A DNA stretch of 63,091 nt, the filler included, from Choristocarpus tenellus KU-1152 (taxonomy: Eukaryota; Protista; Phaeophyceae), in the NCBI GenBank assembly GCA_964200185.2. It is 14 parts of 14 records of this genome, joined end to end, with 100 filler letters (N's around TTAATTAATTAA, not from the genome) between each part and the next. Parts side by side here need not be neighbours in the genome. Positions count along the whole stretch, not along the records: positions 59,794 to 63,091 come from CAXNAD020020952.1; 13 more parts are not named here. One strand, written 5' to 3'. This document shows, one piece after another, positions 62,760-63,091 of this stretch. The notes beneath the pieces are model-generated. The model did not search any database, had not been told where the DNA came from, and worked only from the letters and a program-made list of their open reading frames with translations. Position 1 is the first letter of the stretch; each line of letters opens with the position of its first letter. The position numbers and the translations under genes were made by a program.

Positions 62760-63015
62760 GAGGTAAAACTATTGAGAGTTAGGCAACTTTGGACCCTTTT
62801 GCATTCTAAGCCATCTTTCTTGCCCTCTGCCAATACACTATTCCATTTTGTATGCACACAAAAGTATAAGCAAAATTGATATTCCTCCTTCCCATACACA
62901 AAGTGACCCCACAATTCAGCAAAGGCTCTTCTACAATTGTACAGAATGATGTCTTCTTGCCCTTTCTCGGGATCCATAAAATGCAACCCTCCCTACCTAT
63001 CAGTTGGTTTGACTC
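62760..63015 (-). mobile_element. MITE family D, TTT TSD
   Basis: TTT|GAGGTAAAACTATTGAGAGTTAGGCA...CCCTACCTATCAGTTGGTTTGACTC|TTT; 256 bp. Confidence 0.8.
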
Positions 63016-63091
63016 TTTTCTATATTTCTCTTGCATTTCTCTAGGTGGGAGAGGGGATATCTATTATGTGTACGGGGTCAAAGTATCTGGG

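Overview
Eukaryotic, intron-rich and very transposon-rich DNA. It is most consistent with a photosynthetic, flagellate-producing stramenopile such as a brown alga; this is inferred from gene content and intron style, not proven. The window is not one locus: it is 14 short contigs (mostly ~2.7-5.7 kb) joined by 13 artificial 100-nt spacers (N44-TTAATTAATTAA-N44), so adjacency across spacers has no biological meaning. Host gene fragments reconstructed by splicing: a Dispatched/Patched-family sterol-sensing protein (6 exons), DNAAF11/LRRC6 (2 exons), an opine (tauropine/octopine-type) dehydrogenase (4 exons, one GC-AG intron), an OPR/RAP-like helical-repeat protein (3 exons), the 3' end of S-adenosylhomocysteine hydrolase (2 exons) and two orphan exons. 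Decayed autonomous elements: a CRE-clade non-LTR retrotransposon, an internally deleted Ty3/Gypsy with LTR and PBS, a Ty1/Copia RT-RNaseH and an IS630/Tc1-like transposase. The most striking structure is a clan of at least 4-5 MITE families (>30 copies/fragments). They have largely divergent interiors but share GAG(T/C)CAAA-like termini and mostly 3-bp TSDs, and three families have a near-constant 251-262 bp length. Also seen: intronic (TTAGGG)n tracts, nested insertions, and two decayed ORF families of unknown identity that recur on different contigs. No rRNA, tRNA or CRISPR array was found.
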